DNA of 64,000 nucleotides from an uncultured Alphaproteobacteria bacterium (GTDB taxonomy: Bacteria; Pseudomonadota; Alphaproteobacteria; VGEJ01), in NCBI GenBank assembly GCA_913041535.1, contig CAJWJK010000008.1, forward strand, positions 367 through 64,366. Direction: 5' to 3'. The position numbers and the translations under genes were made by a program. A model generated the notes under the pieces. It did not search any database. It was given only the letters and a program-made list of their open reading frames with translations, and was not told where the DNA came from. Below, one piece after another: positions 8,818-18,343 of this stretch. Numbering within the stretch: position 1 is the stretch's first letter; every line of letters begins with the position of its first letter.

Positions 8818-9804
8818 TTAAAAAGCTGGGAACAACCTATCTTTGGGATACTCAGCTCCTGCAACGTGCTGGAGTGTCACTGCACGAACCATTTGGTACG
8901 TTCGGATTCGAAATTCAGGGTCACATGACATGCGGATGTACATGTCTTTGGGTTTGATTCCATGGTCGTCTCTTACCCATGCCATTAAATTATAGCAAGC
9001 GTCGTAGACTGCTTCCTCATACGGCAGGTTAATGCCGACGGCAACTATGCTTTCAGGCTTCTCAATGCGTACACAGGGAATCCTCTTATTTTTTACCACA
9101 GTACAACTCAACTGAACGGTTGCTCGCGTCTCATCAGCAATTGCGGTAAATTCAGTATCGCCCTGACTGCCATGCATATCACCGATATATAACATCCCTC
9201 CCTCATGGTAGGAATTGAGGTAGATGGTATGCCCGGGAGCTACGTCCCGACAATCAATGTTGCCGCCAAATGGTCCCTGTCCGAGCAGAGAGGTAAAGAC
9301 TTCTCTCTCTGGTGCAGTTGCCAATGTTCCGCAAAAGGGTTGAAGGTTCCAAGTCAGTTTATCTGAGTATTTACCGGTTCCATCTCGCGTATGGCCACTA
9401 GGTCCTGGGAAATGCTCGATCACGTGCACATGCTCGTCCGCGCAACCTTCCCATTGTCTCGAATCCTGCAATGGGCCAATTCCTGGTATTATTCCGGAAA
9501 ATCCATATCGCCAAGGGTCAATCCAATCTATGGTGACAGCAACAAGGTCGCCTTTCTCGCATCCATCTATGTGAATAGGTCCAACAACCGGGTTAAATGT
9601 TGGTGGCCATTGCTCCTGGAGTCGGTTCCAGTGGTCATCGTGAAAACTATGGACTTCAGGGTTGTCGCTATCGTCAACTATGAGGCCTGAGCATGCATCA
9701 TCAGTTTCGACCTGAAACGTCTCCCCTTGTTTGACTTTCAAGACCACATCATCACGCCAATCAAAAGCGTACTTGGTTACGTCCCCTCTGTTAATCTTTT
9801 GCAT
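8818..9804 (-). CDS. acetamidase/formamidase family protein
   Basis: 328 aa with GGNIDCRDVAPGHTIYL and GDMHGSQGDTE motifs of the FmdA/AmdA family. Confidence 0.85.
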   Translation of the reverse strand: MQKINRGDVTKYAFDWRDDVVLKVKQGETFQVETDDACSGLIVDDSDNPEVHSFHDDHWNRLQEQWPPTFNPVVGPIHIDGCEKGDLVAVTIDWIDPWRYGFSGIIPGIGPLQDSRQWEGCADEHVHVIEHFPGPSGHTRDGTGKYSDKLTWNLQPFCGTLATAPEREVFTSLLGQGPFGGNIDCRDVAPGHTIYLNSYHEGGMLYIGDMHGSQGDTEFTAIADETRATVQLSCTVVKNKRIPCVRIEKPESIVAVGINLPYEEAVYDACYNLMAWVRDDHGIKPKDMYIRMSCDPEFRIRTYQMVRAVTLQHVAGAEYPKDRLFPAF

Positions 9805-9891
9805 TTTTTCCTCCTAAATGATCTGATAGCGCAATACATACAAGTTGTGCAGGGTGTCTACCCAACGGGTTAATTATATCACAAGGCAGTT

Positions 9892-9978
9892 TGGTGCCCC
9901 TGGCCTGACTCGAACAGGCACGCCCTAATGGGCAACAGATTTTGAGTCTGCCGCGTCTACCAATTCCGCCACAGGGGC
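9892..9978 (-). tRNA. tRNA-Leu (anticodon CAA)
   Basis: Read on the minus strand: acceptor GCCCCTG/CAGGGGC, and anticodon stem GCAGA/TCTGT with loop CTCAAAA. It has a long variable arm, T-arm GCCTG-TTCGAGT-CAGGC and an encoded CCA. Confidence 0.9.
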
Positions 9979-10543
9979 ATAGGAACCTCCATTACCAATA
10001 TAAACTAACCGATACAATAACTCTCTATTGCGACCGCATTAATATTAACCGCTTCTTTCATTATGGGTATCAGTAACTAAGATAAAACCTTTCCCTTCTT
10101 AATTATGGTGCTCGATACAAAAAATATACTCCTGCCTATGAGGTTACACGATTGTGACATGGACATGACAGACTAAAGTCGCGCATCTCGAGTATGATCA
10201 TATTATGTATTCCTCGCAGTGGCATTTTCTGACAATCCAAATTGGTTGGTTTCTCGCGATGTCTACGCGAATTTATATTGCATCTTGCTTTCTGTTTAAT
10301 TATCCCAAATGCCAAGTGTCTGGCACTAAGTAAATGAAGTAACCATAGCCTAAACTGGCTTATCATGAGACTCTAATCATAGTGTGCATTAATAGAACTT
10401 CGTCTAGGTTGCTCGTCTGTCACCTTTCATGCTTCGGATTAAGTGAAGTCTCTAGTGATGATTGGTGAGGAATATACAGGCCTAAACGCAACCTTGGTTA
10501 ATGTGCCATGGTCGTGGATTGAAAAATATTAGCGAGTGTAAGG

Positions 10544-11125
10544 ATGTTGCGACGGTCGTATGACTGGACTATGCGTCTTGCTGCTCATCGGCGGGCACTG
10601 CCGATTCTAGGGCTGATTGCTTTTATTGAGAGTTCCTTCTTTCCCATTCCTCCAGATGCAATGCTGGTACCTATGGTATTAGCCAAACCTAAAAGGGCAT
10701 GGCTTATTGCAACTGTCTGTACATTGGGTTCCGTCGCCGGCGGGGTAGTGGGCTATCTGATTGGGTATTACCTTTTTGATGTTATCGCTCAGCCCGTTAT
10801 AGATCTTTACAACTATGAGGATATTTTTGACCAGGTTCGTGAAGATTTCAGCGAGCATGGCGCGTTAATTGTCTCATTTTTTGGTCTAACTATCTTTCCC
10901 TACAAAATCATCACCATAACGAGTGGCTTTATAGAACTTGATTTAGCAACATTTATTCTGGCATCAATTCTATCTAGGGGTGTTAGATTTTTTCTTGTCG
11001 CGGGCCTTCTATTTTATGCGGGCGATTCAATTCGCCGTTTAATTGAGCGTCGGTTAGGCATACTAACCACTATATTATTTGGCATAGTTATACTTGGACT
11101 TCTCGCGGTTAGGTATATTTTCTAG
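10544..11125 (+). CDS. YqaA/DedA family inner-membrane protein
   Basis: 193 aa and multi-TM, with the IAFIESSFFPIPPDAMLVPM motif typical of YqaA/DedA. Confidence 0.75.
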   Translation: MLRRSYDWTMRLAAHRRALPILGLIAFIESSFFPIPPDAMLVPMVLAKPKRAWLIATVCTLGSVAGGVVGYLIGYYLFDVIAQPVIDLYNYEDIFDQVREDFSEHGALIVSFFGLTIFPYKIITITSGFIELDLATFILASILSRGVRFFLVAGLLFYAGDSIRRLIERRLGILTTILFGIVILGLLAVRYIF

Positions 11126-11177
11126 TTACGGGTCAGTCGCGATGTGCAATGCTAGTTTTGCTTAAAATAACTGTTTA

Positions 11178-11735
11178 GTGCTTAAAGAAATGCCTGAAAA
11201 CATTCGAGATTGTCTGCGCTTATCGAGTATTTCCGCGATAATCTTGGTCGCAAGTATCCTGATACTTTTGATCGCTCTTGCTTTTCAGGAAATTGGTGGG
11301 TTTGAGCCTTGTGAATTTTGCCTATATCAGCGTTACCCGTACGCTATTGCTATAGTCCTTAGCACAATATCTCTTTTCATTTCAGGCAGATTACAGGACA
11401 GGAATAATTTGGCGGTCTTTCTTGTTGCTGTTTGCAGTGTTGCATTTGCCACGGGGGCCGCAATGGCGCTGTACCATGTTGGAGTAGAGAGGAGCTGGTT
11501 TCAAGGACTGGCCTCTTGCGGAGGTATCTACGGGGACATAAAAACAATTGAAGAGCTAAAGGCTAGGTTAGAGATAGAAGTTGCCGTCCGGTGTGATGAT
11601 GTGCCGTGGTCGTTGATTGGGATTTCCTTAGCGGGTTACAATTTTCTTATATCGGTCATACTATGCTTGGGCAGCGGTCTTGCTGTAATGTTTCATTTCC
11701 GCCAACGTGCTAGCGATGAAAACACAAAAACGTAA
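11178..11735 (+). CDS. dsbB: disulfide bond formation protein B family
   Basis: A four-TM protein with a CEFC pair followed by QRYPY and a second periplasmic Cys pair. Confidence 0.72.
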   Translation: MLKEMPENIRDCLRLSSISAIILVASILILLIALAFQEIGGFEPCEFCLYQRYPYAIAIVLSTISLFISGRLQDRNNLAVFLVAVCSVAFATGAAMALYHVGVERSWFQGLASCGGIYGDIKTIEELKARLEIEVAVRCDDVPWSLIGISLAGYNFLISVILCLGSGLAVMFHFRQRASDENTKT

Positions 11736-11736
11736 A

Positions 11737-12288
11737 ATGAGTCTCCGTGATCGTCTTCCAGGGGACCCATCTGCTGAGTTGACTATTCAGAGAATGATAA
11801 GAGTTAACCAGGCCGGTGAGTACGGAGCATCGTGTATTTATGCTGGTCAGCTTGCAGTGTTGGGCTCGCGTAAGGGCGCAAACATTGATGCTATTCGCGA
11901 GATGGCGTCTCAAGAAGAACGCCATCTTAAGATGTTTAATCGCTTGATTGTAGAGAGACGTGTGCGTCCTACGGTACTATCGCCGCTATGGCAGGTTGCA
12001 GGCCATATGCTTGGGGTAGTTTCAGCTCTTGCGGGGGAAAAATCAGCCATGGCCTGTACCGCCGCTGTGGAGGAAGTGATCGATCAGCATTATGCCCAGC
12101 AGGCTTCTATACTGGGGCAAGAGGAAGATGATTTAAGAGCTGTCATTGAAGAGGCGCGTGCTGATGAAGCGGCTCACCGTGATAAAGCAATAGAGCATGG
12201 TGCCTATGAAGCTCCGGCTTATGATAAGGTCTCTCAGGGTATAAAAAAGGGTGCTCGCCTTGCGATTTGGCTATCGGAGAGGTGGTAA
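11737..12288 (+). CDS. coq7: demethoxyubiquinone hydroxylase (Coq7 family di-iron enzyme)
   Basis: RVNQAGEYGA and repeated E..H motifs (QEERH, DEAAH). The ATG at 11737 lies just after the dsbB stop, so the ORF-track start at 11707 is probably too long. Confidence 0.82.
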   Translation: MSLRDRLPGDPSAELTIQRMIRVNQAGEYGASCIYAGQLAVLGSRKGANIDAIREMASQEERHLKMFNRLIVERRVRPTVLSPLWQVAGHMLGVVSALAGEKSAMACTAAVEEVIDQHYAQQASILGQEEDDLRAVIEEARADEAAHRDKAIEHGAYEAPAYDKVSQGIKKGARLAIWLSERW

Positions 12289-12313
12289 TTGCCCTCGATT
12301 TGCGAAACATCTA

Positions 12314-12973
12314 TCAGGAAAATATGTCCTTGAAGAACTCCACTGCTAATTCTAGGCCATCTGCACCAATACTATGGCCAAGGCCGATTGAGACATGCCA
12401 TTGGACATTTATTCCGGCTGCTCCTAATTCTGACACGGCGTTGAAAAGAGCCTTTACAGGGATTATTTCATCGTTAGCTCCATGTACCAACAGTACGGGG
12501 GGCGTTTTTTTTACTTCGGTCTTTAGTTTTTCAGCATTTGGAAGTTGGCCGGAGAATCCAATTATGCCCGCGCATGATTGAGGCCGTCTAAGGCCCACCT
12601 GCAATGCCATCATTGTTCCCTGAGAAAAACCTACGAGCACAAGACGGTCTTCTTTAAGCTGATATTTGCGCAGATTTATATCTATAAATGAGTTTAGAGT
12701 AGAGGATGCCTTGATAACACCTGCGTCAATTTCAGCTTTTGATAAGTCCGCTAAACTGAACCACTGATAACCGGATGGTGATGTAGTGCATATTTCGGGA
12801 GCGTTGGGTGCAAGAAAAAGCGCTTCAGGCATATATTTTGCCCAAAGTTTTGCTAGCTGCATTAAGTCGTTTCCATCGGATCCAAATCCATGAAGCAAAA
12901 TGATGAGCTGTTTGGGTGGATCAGTTGTTTCAACGGGGTATTGTGGGCCAGATATCATATCGCTGCTGTTCAT
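12314..12973 (-). CDS. alpha/beta hydrolase, phospholipase/carboxylesterase family
   Basis: 219 aa with the GFSQG nucleophile elbow, HG..D and a late His, as in the carboxylesterase/APT family. Confidence 0.8.
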   Translation of the reverse strand: MNSSDMISGPQYPVETTDPPKQLIILLHGFGSDGNDLMQLAKLWAKYMPEALFLAPNAPEICTTSPSGYQWFSLADLSKAEIDAGVIKASSTLNSFIDINLRKYQLKEDRLVLVGFSQGTMMALQVGLRRPQSCAGIIGFSGQLPNAEKLKTEVKKTPPVLLVHGANDEIIPVKALFNAVSELGAAGINVQWHVSIGLGHSIGADGLELAVEFFKDIFS

Positions 12974-13006
12974 TCTAGGTCTTCTGCTTTATTTTTCACT
13001 GCTGTT

Positions 13007-13083
13007 AAATTGTGCACAGGTTGTGTGCCATAGTGCATAGCGAAGTAACAGCTTGCACTTCGGTGCTGGTCCGCGCACAATTT
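13007..13083. promoter_or_regulatory. nested inverted repeats rich in GTGCAC/TGCAC in the divergent esterase / GMC-1 leader
   Basis: AAATTGTGCAC (13007-13017) pairs 10/11 with GCGCACAATTT (13073-13083). An inner 6-bp stem is AGTGCA (13032-13037) / TGCACT (13054-13059), and the palindrome TGTGCACA lies at 13011-13018. Confidence 0.4.
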
Positions 13084-13131
13084 CATTACCTGTATTCATT
13101 GGCATCAGAATGTATGACTGGAGAAGGTGAT

Positions 13132-14727
13132 ATGACAACTTACGATGATGATGTTGCGGCAGTAAATTTTGACCATAACGACGATTCAGTTGTGGTTATC
13201 ATAGGTTCGGGTGCTGGTGGCGGGACTGTTGCTCATGAATTGAGCGAGAAGGGTATAAGTGTCGTCGTGATAGAGGCGGGGCCGAGACTTAAGCTTACAG
13301 ATTTCGTTAATGACGAATACGATGCTTATGATATGTTTACCTGGACAGATAAGAGGACTAGCACCGGCAATGGTGAGATCGCGAGAAAATGGGCAGATTC
13401 GCCTAGTTGGGTGTGCAAACTTGTGGGAGGGTCAACTGTCCATTGGGCTGGTTTGGCGCTTCGTTGGAATGATGAGGAGTTTCGGGCACGCTCAACCTAT
13501 GGCGAGGTGCCGGGGACGAGTGTAACGAACTGGCCACTCAATCTTTCAGACTTAGAACCTTATTATGCCAAAGCCGAAGATAAGATGGGCGTAACCGGGA
13601 CTAACGGTATTCCGCATTTGCCTGAGACTAACAATTTCAAGATTTTAAACCTTGGTGCACGTCGGCTTGGTTATGAGAAGGTCAATACCTCGTACATGGC
13701 TATTAACTCTGAACCAAGAGATGGGCGTAACGCGTGCGATCAGATTGGTTTCTGTATGGCAGGGTGTCGCTCGGGTGCGAAGTGGTCGACATTGTATTCA
13801 GAAATTCCTAAGGCGGAAGCGACTGGGAACATGGAACTGCGGGCCAATTCAATGGCTTTACGTGTTGAGCATGATCCAAGCGGTAAGGTGACGGGTGTTG
13901 TATATGTAGACGAGGATGGTAATCAGCAGCTTCAAAAGGCACGGGTCGTGGTAGTTGCGTGCAATGCGATTGAGAGTTCTCGAATTCTATTAAACTCAGC
14001 TTCGAATGTTTATCCTGATGGTTTATCAAATTCTTCGGGAATGGTGGGCAAAAATTGGACGCGTCATATGACGGGATATGCTTATGGTATTTTTGATAAG
14101 CCTGTTAATTACCATCGAGGCACTAATGCTTCTGGATTAGTTCAAGATGAGTGGCATCATGATGATGACCGTGGGTTTGCAGGTGGATATCTCATGGGCA
14201 CCATTTCTCTAGGTCTTCCGTATTACGCGGCATTCCTTAGGCCCGGTGGTTGGGGTAGAGAATTTTCCCAGGACGTCGAAGCGTACAACTTTGTATCGGG
14301 CATCTTTATTAATGGCGAAGATATGCCGATAGAAAGCAACGCCATTACTCTGCATGACACCGAGAGAGACCAGTTTGGCATGCCTGTTCCCAACATTAAT
14401 GTTGATGATCATCCAAACGATGTAGCTATGCGTAACCATTCATTGAAGCGAAGTTCTGAGATACTTTTAGCGGCTGGCGCGAAGCGGGTTCTTGAATGCC
14501 CTCCAATGCCAGGTTCCCATAACATGGGGACTTGTCGCATGAGTGATTCGGAAAGTGATGGGGTGGTAAATAAATGGGGTCAAAGTCATGATATACCAAA
14601 CTTGTTTATTGCCGATGGTAGTATTTTTTCGACAGCTGGAGGTTGCAACCCAACGTTGACCATCGTAACGCTAGCGATCAGAGAAGCTGAATACATTGCG
14701 GAGCAAATGCGAACTAGCACTATATAA
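13132..14727 (+). CDS. GMC family FAD-dependent oxidoreductase, paralogue 1
   Basis: VVIIGSGAGGGTVAHEL FAD fold, and C-terminal HNMGTCRMS...NPTLTIVTLAIR. The ATG at 13132 follows GGAGAAGG and aligns with the starts of the paralogues; the ORF-track start at 13012 is unlikely. Confidence 0.85.
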   Translation: MTTYDDDVAAVNFDHNDDSVVVIIGSGAGGGTVAHELSEKGISVVVIEAGPRLKLTDFVNDEYDAYDMFTWTDKRTSTGNGEIARKWADSPSWVCKLVGGSTVHWAGLALRWNDEEFRARSTYGEVPGTSVTNWPLNLSDLEPYYAKAEDKMGVTGTNGIPHLPETNNFKILNLGARRLGYEKVNTSYMAINSEPRDGRNACDQIGFCMAGCRSGAKWSTLYSEIPKAEATGNMELRANSMALRVEHDPSGKVTGVVYVDEDGNQQLQKARVVVVACNAIESSRILLNSASNVYPDGLSNSSGMVGKNWTRHMTGYAYGIFDKPVNYHRGTNASGLVQDEWHHDDDRGFAGGYLMGTISLGLPYYAAFLRPGGWGREFSQDVEAYNFVSGIFINGEDMPIESNAITLHDTERDQFGMPVPNINVDDHPNDVAMRNHSLKRSSEILLAAGAKRVLECPPMPGSHNMGTCRMSDSESDGVVNKWGQSHDIPNLFIADGSIFSTAGGCNPTLTIVTLAIREAEYIAEQMRTSTI

Positions 14728-14777
14728 TCGGCAATGATAAGGGTTGGTGAGGGCGCTGCGGTTTAACTGTGGCGCTC

Positions 14778-14860
14778 TTTTCTTTTGTGAGCTTGTACGA
14801 ACGCATCAATTTCTTCCTTTTTCTTTTGTGAGCTTGTACGAACGCATCAATTTCTTCCTT
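14778..14860. repeat. perfect tandem duplication, 2 x 41 bp (+1), in the GMC-1/GMC-2 spacer
   Basis: The unit tttcttttgtgagcttgtacgaacgcatcaatttcttcctt occurs at 14778-14818 and again at 14819-14859 with no mismatch. Confidence 0.9.
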
Positions 14861-14911
14861 GTGATTAGCAGGTAGGATGGGTCTAATGGATGTGTTGGGA
14901 AAGGTGTTTCT

Positions 14912-16510
14912 ATGACAGATGGCCACAACGATGATGTAGCGTCTATTACCTTTGAAAACAGTGATGATAGCGTGGTGGTAATCATTGGCTCAGGTGCTGG
15001 TGGTGGTACATTGGCCAATGAATTGGCGCAGAAGGGAATTCGTGTGGTGGTTCTAGAGGCTGGGCCTCGACGAAAAATAACTGACTTTGTCAATGATGAG
15101 CACGGTGCCTATGACATGTTGACATGGCACGATCGACGAACCTCTACAGGAAACTCTCCGGTGGTAGAGAAATTTAAGGAAGCACCTACCTGGCTAGCTA
15201 AAGGGGTAGGTGGTACGACTCAGCATTGGGCGGGTCAGGCAGTTCGTTTTCAAGAACATGAATTTCGGGCGCGCACCACATATGGTCACGTCTCTGGTAC
15301 TAGCTTGATTGATTGGCCAATATCGCTTGAGGAGATGCTCCCCTTTTATGATAGAGCAGAGCAAAAGATGGGTGTTTCAGGAACGCACGGCATGCCACAT
15401 CTTCCTGAAAGTAATGTTGCTAAAGTTTTTATGTACGGTGCTCGGCGTGCAGGCTATACAAAGGTATCTCAGATAAATGCAGCTGTAAATTCGATACCAC
15501 GGGATGGACGCAACGCATGTGATCAGATCGGATTCTGCATGCAAGGCTGTAAATCAGGCGCCAAGTGGTCAACGTTGTATACCGAGATTCCAATGGCGGA
15601 GGCGACGGGATACTGCGAAGTGAGGCCGGAATCCATGGCTCTTGAGATACAGCATAATGACAGCGGTCGGATAACTGGTGTCACTTATGTTGATAGATCG
15701 GGAATACAACATGTGCAGAAGGCTCGGGCCGTCTGTATTGCAGGAAATTCGGTAGAAACGTCAAGAATTTTATTGAACTCAGCGACACCACATTTTCCAG
15801 ATGGGCTTGCGAATACTGCTGGTCATGTTGGGCGAAATTATATGCGTAATATGTTTGCGTTTTTATATGGGATTTTTGATAGACCCGTGAATATGCATAG
15901 GGGTTATGTGTGCCCCGGCATCGTTCGTGACGAGTCTGAGCATAACGCAAGCAGAGGATTTCCTGGTGGCTTTTATTTGACAGGGCTTGGGTTAGGGCTT
16001 CCTTACCATGCCGCATTTCTGGACCCTGGCGGATGGGGCAAAGAGTTTTCGCGTCTGATAGAGGGGTACCAGCACACCTGTGGTGTTGTGGCTCTTGGTG
16101 AGGATATGCCTATGGAGTCAAACAATGTGACTCTGCATCCAACTGATAAAGACCAGCATGGTCTGCCTGTTCCGGTTCTCAATATGGATTCACACCCTAC
16201 CGAAATCATCCTTCGTAATTATGCGCACAAGTGTGCAACCAAAATTCTCGAATCTGCCGGGGCTAATACTATCATTGAATGTCCTCCCATGCCTTCAACG
16301 CACAATCTTGGAGCATGTCGTATGAGTGAGAAACCTGATGATGGCGTATGTAACAGGTGGGGGCAGACGCACGACATTTCAAACCTATTTATTTCGGATG
16401 GTAGTCAGTTCAGCTCAAATAATGCGGGTAATCCTACCCTTACTATTGTTGCGCTCGCTATTCGACAGGCTGAATATATTGCTGGGCATATGGGTAATAA
16501 TGAGTTCTAA
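14912..16510 (+). CDS. GMC family FAD-dependent oxidoreductase, paralogue 2
   Basis: VVIIGSGAGGGTLANEL, HNLGACRMS and NPTLTIVALAIR motifs. It is collinear with its neighbours. Confidence 0.88.
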   Translation: MTDGHNDDVASITFENSDDSVVVIIGSGAGGGTLANELAQKGIRVVVLEAGPRRKITDFVNDEHGAYDMLTWHDRRTSTGNSPVVEKFKEAPTWLAKGVGGTTQHWAGQAVRFQEHEFRARTTYGHVSGTSLIDWPISLEEMLPFYDRAEQKMGVSGTHGMPHLPESNVAKVFMYGARRAGYTKVSQINAAVNSIPRDGRNACDQIGFCMQGCKSGAKWSTLYTEIPMAEATGYCEVRPESMALEIQHNDSGRITGVTYVDRSGIQHVQKARAVCIAGNSVETSRILLNSATPHFPDGLANTAGHVGRNYMRNMFAFLYGIFDRPVNMHRGYVCPGIVRDESEHNASRGFPGGFYLTGLGLGLPYHAAFLDPGGWGKEFSRLIEGYQHTCGVVALGEDMPMESNNVTLHPTDKDQHGLPVPVLNMDSHPTEIILRNYAHKCATKILESAGANTIIECPPMPSTHNLGACRMSEKPDDGVCNRWGQTHDISNLFISDGSQFSSNNAGNPTLTIVALAIRQAEYIAGHMGNNEF

Positions 16511-16621
16511 GGCGGGAGGTGCCATGTTGTGGTGCGTCTACCTTCATCTGCTGAATTTCACGAAGAATATTTTGGGTGGATGGTCTGTGGCTACGGTCCA
16601 TAAGTTAGGGAAGGAGCTGTC

Positions 16622-18226
16622 ATGACTGGGGATCACGAAAATGATCATGTGGCGTCGGTTACCTATGAAAATGATGATGATTCGGTTGTAGTTATTATTG
16701 GCTCCGGTGCGGGTGGCGGGACGTTGGCTAACGAACTTGCGCAGAAAGGAGTTGATGTTGTTTTGCTTGAGGCTGGCCCGCGGCTACAAATGACGGATTT
16801 TTTGAATGATGAGTTTGGTGCAATGGAGCAGTTGAGTTGGCTCGACAAGCGCACCTGTTCTGGGGACGCTGCCTTTGTTAAGAACTCTCCGACGTTTCCG
16901 ACGTGGATATGCAAGACGGTGGGAGGTTCGTCAGTTCATTGGGTAGGAAATTCTATTCGGCTTCAGGAGAGAGAATTTGCCCCCCTACGCACATATGGAG
17001 CAATACCCGGAGCCAACTTAATTGATTGGCCGATTAATCTTGAGGAACTTTTGCCCTATTACGAAAAAGCCGAGGATAAGATGGGAGTGACTGGTCGAAA
17101 TGGCATCCCACATCTACCCAAGAGCAATAACTCAAAGGTATTCTTTCGGGCAGCCAAGAGAATGGGTTTTCAGCGGGTCTCGACAAGCTATCTCGCAATA
17201 AACCCTGAACCGCGAGATGGGCGCAATGCGTGTGACCATATTGGATTCTGCATGCAGGGATGTCGCTCAGGTGCAAAGTGGTCAACGTTATACACGGAGA
17301 TCCCCAAAGCTGAAGCAACTGGACACTGTGAGGTGCGGCCAGAGTCGATGGCGCTGCGTATAGACCACGACGATACAGGTCGCGTTACCGGTGTGTTGTA
17401 TGCGGATAATAAGGGGAACCATCACTTTCAAAGGGCAAGGGTCGTGTGTGTTGCTGGAAACTCTCTTGAGACGCCGCGAATCATGTTTAATTCGGCAACT
17501 ACCCTGTATCCGGATGGGCTGGCCAATTCGTCCGGCCAGCTCGGTAAGAATTACATGCGCAACTGCCATGGCATGGTATTTGGAGAATTCGATCAGCCCG
17601 TCAATATGTATCGAGGTCCCGTTGGTGCGGGTCTGATTGAGGACCTTGGGGGCAACGAACCAGAGCAGCGCGGTTTTGTTGGAGGAATATGGATTGGCCT
17701 GGTGTCAGTCGGAATGCCATACTTTAGTAATATGCTTGATCCAAAAGGGTGGGGGCGAGAAAAGACGGATGCACTGGAGGGCTATGAGAGAATGGCTGGG
17801 GTTTGGTTTTGTGGTGATGACCTTCCTCAGGAGCGCAACTGTGTTCGCCTCAATACGGACGAGAAAGATCAGTTCGGCCTACCTGTCGCGCATGTTCATT
17901 TAGAGATGCATGAGAATGAACACCGCATGCAGAACTTTGGGTTGCGCACTTGTGAGGAAATGATGATGGCGGGTGGCGCTCGGCGTACTGTATCGGAGGC
18001 CCAACCGGGAAGTGCTCACAATATTGGTACGTGTCGGATGAGTGATAAGCCTGAGGAGGGAGTCGTCAACGGTTATGGGCAGGCGCATGACATTTCCAAT
18101 TTATTTGTTTCCGACGGTAGCCAATTTACCCATATCAATACTGGGAACCCGACACTTACGATCGTAACCCTTGCTATTCGCCAGGCTGACTATATAGCTG
18201 AAAAAATGAGAGTAAATGAGATATAG
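16622..18226 (+). CDS. GMC family FAD-dependent oxidoreductase, paralogue 3
   Basis: Same motif set (HNIGTCRMS), with a GGAAGGAG Shine-Dalgarno upstream. Confidence 0.88.
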   Translation: MTGDHENDHVASVTYENDDDSVVVIIGSGAGGGTLANELAQKGVDVVLLEAGPRLQMTDFLNDEFGAMEQLSWLDKRTCSGDAAFVKNSPTFPTWICKTVGGSSVHWVGNSIRLQEREFAPLRTYGAIPGANLIDWPINLEELLPYYEKAEDKMGVTGRNGIPHLPKSNNSKVFFRAAKRMGFQRVSTSYLAINPEPRDGRNACDHIGFCMQGCRSGAKWSTLYTEIPKAEATGHCEVRPESMALRIDHDDTGRVTGVLYADNKGNHHFQRARVVCVAGNSLETPRIMFNSATTLYPDGLANSSGQLGKNYMRNCHGMVFGEFDQPVNMYRGPVGAGLIEDLGGNEPEQRGFVGGIWIGLVSVGMPYFSNMLDPKGWGREKTDALEGYERMAGVWFCGDDLPQERNCVRLNTDEKDQFGLPVAHVHLEMHENEHRMQNFGLRTCEEMMMAGGARRTVSEAQPGSAHNIGTCRMSDKPEEGVVNGYGQAHDISNLFVSDGSQFTHINTGNPTLTIVTLAIRQADYIAEKMRVNEI

Positions 18227-18343
18227 GGCTACGGTGTTCATTTGTGGTGTGCAGACTAGGCATCGAAGAGGTTGTAACAGAGTGCTAAACTCTATTGCAC
18301 TAGTAACCTATTCATCAAAAATGATTGTTGTGGGATAGAACTA

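Noticed and set aside
10136-10366. 76-aa ORF in the AT-rich gap beside tRNA-Leu.
   Set aside because: It has no RBS, an odd composition (Cys/Arg/His-rich) and no recognisable domain. It is most likely non-coding.
13012-13131. 40-codon N-terminal extension of GMC-1 in the ORF track.
   Set aside because: It begins at a GTG with no RBS, and its sequence is unlike the paralogue N-termini. The ATG at 13132 has a GGAGAAGG Shine-Dalgarno and aligns with the other three starts.
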